Assembly: GCA_976226885.1 (NCBI GenBank)
Contig: OZ320314.1
Span: 61,256,001-61,320,000, forward strand
DNA from: Iphione sp. A-MEVVRFRX5
Taxonomy: Eukaryota
Direction: 5' to 3'
Length of the DNA: 64,000 nt
The notes below the pieces were generated by a model. The model worked only from the letters and a program-made list of their open reading frames with translations. It ran no database searches and was not told the origin of the DNA. This document shows, one piece after another, positions 62,601 through 64,000 of this stretch. Position numbers and translations under genes: made by a program. How positions within the stretch are numbered: position 1 is the first letter of the stretch; each line of letters opens with the position of its first letter.

Positions 62601-64000
62601 ATCCCAAATGATTATATCAAAAAAGGAACAGTTAGCCAAAACAACTTTGTACAGAATTACAGATCTCTATAATAAAAAAGATTGTGAATATTTCAAAGAT
62701 GGCACTAAATCCTAGTTCTATGAAAATGATTGTTATTGTTAGCTCTACCAATGTACCAGTCAGGGATAGAAACCGACCCACCATGGTTTGATTCCCATGC
62801 ACTGAGTGTGTAATAAATAAAAATAAATAAGGAGGGCACTGGACATGTGGCGCAGTGATTGGTGCCACCATCTCTACGGGTTGGGACTATGCAGACATTC
62901 TCCCATCTACTGAAGACCCACAAGACTTTGATGAAGAATACATACGTCTCAATGGCTTCAGAAAGGGCTCGAGAGTCTCGTAGACCAGGAGACAACGAAA
63001 ATTGGCGAGAAAGAGTAATACCCGCGACCGCCTGTCTTGCTTAGAAGGTTAAAGGACTACTTGAACCAGCTGTTGATCGTTCTTGCTTAAGGAACCAGCT
63101 GTGAACCGCAAAAAGAAAGACTGACATGGGGATATAGTGTCTCACTTTGCTGTAGAAAGCTGAGTCTCTGTCTGCTTGGAGCTGTTGGCAAAAGTTTACA
63201 GGAAATTCCTAATTTCTTTGGGATAAACTGAGTCATTCTCTTGTCAGTATGATCATGTTAATGGTTTACTACAGTCAGACCCCATGAAACAGATCACTGT
63301 CAACAAGATTACCCTATCAACTTGAGAGGATTGCTGGGAACGAATTATTTAATCTTCAACTATATATCCCCTAACATACATCAAACAGAAATCGTTGAAT
63401 TCACACCTCATCGTCACACCTGTACTACACCTCTGTTGAAGTGAGAAAATGGCAATGTTCACCTGTGTAGAGAACTGATGGTGGAGCATTTTAGCAGTGA
63501 AGACCGAATTGTGAATTTGATATGTGAGAACCTGAGTTACTCTAAATTCGAGGGGAGGAAAAAAGAAACACACTCTCTCTGCCTCCTCTCTCTGTTATTC
63601 TCGACACAATTCTATACATACACACTTTTCATAAACTGAAATCTTGTCAAATGGATAAAATTGTTTGGAGCTTATTTTCTGAAGAAGGTTTGAATATATC
63701 TTTCTATCGTTACTAAGCTGTTTGTTACTATTAATCCAATGGCATGTATAAGTATGTCAATTAACAAAAGATTGTAATGGTGCTACCTTTCTTGGAAGCT
63801 TGTTTCACTGATACATGTTATATTAATGCATACAATTGACAAAACTACAATTTAAGAATGAGAAGATTATAGACACCAAGACTGTTGCACACAGTGCCTA
63901 CGCCTACATTTCGATGATCTAAGATCTATGCTATGACTTGGCAAGGGGCGACAGTATATGTTACATTTAAATGGGTATACTGGAAGAGTAGTAATCAAAA

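Overview
Eukaryotic (animal) genomic DNA from a gapped scaffold with four N-runs of 130-149 nt. AT-rich introns, GC-rich exons, the SINE type and the repeat repertoire suggest a marine invertebrate; this is inference. Host content: (i) the 5' part of a large minus-strand gene for a mostly disordered protein, with coding exons 14258-13740, a giant 3949-bp exon 7828-3880 and 1096-905, all splice phases compatible, continuing past the left edge; (ii) a 386-aa minus-strand ORF (27625-26465) with a C-terminal membrane anchor. Mobile content: a structurally complete, young DIRS1-type tyrosine-recombinase retrotransposon (40171-46169, minus strand; gag, RT-RNaseH-methyltransferase, YR, ITRs and ICR; three 1-nt frameshifts), a tRNA-headed SINE, several MITEs (pogo-, piggyBac- and Harbinger-like, plus a CAGGG family), a pogo/Tigger transposase fossil and LINE RT fossils. 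The most interesting observation is a 613-bp insertion (45177-45789) nested in the DIRS leader, with a 16-bp TSD and a poly(A) tail on the minus strand. Its plus strand folds into a string of about a dozen hairpins and contains a complete type I hammerhead ribozyme with a roughly 180-nt multibranched loop 3, so the ribozyme is antisense to the poly(A) tail. Other leads: a possible G_GAU_UUU -1 frameshift for DIRS pol, an antisense promoter in the DIRS right end, and a cluster of seven CAGATG E-boxes upstream of the large gene.
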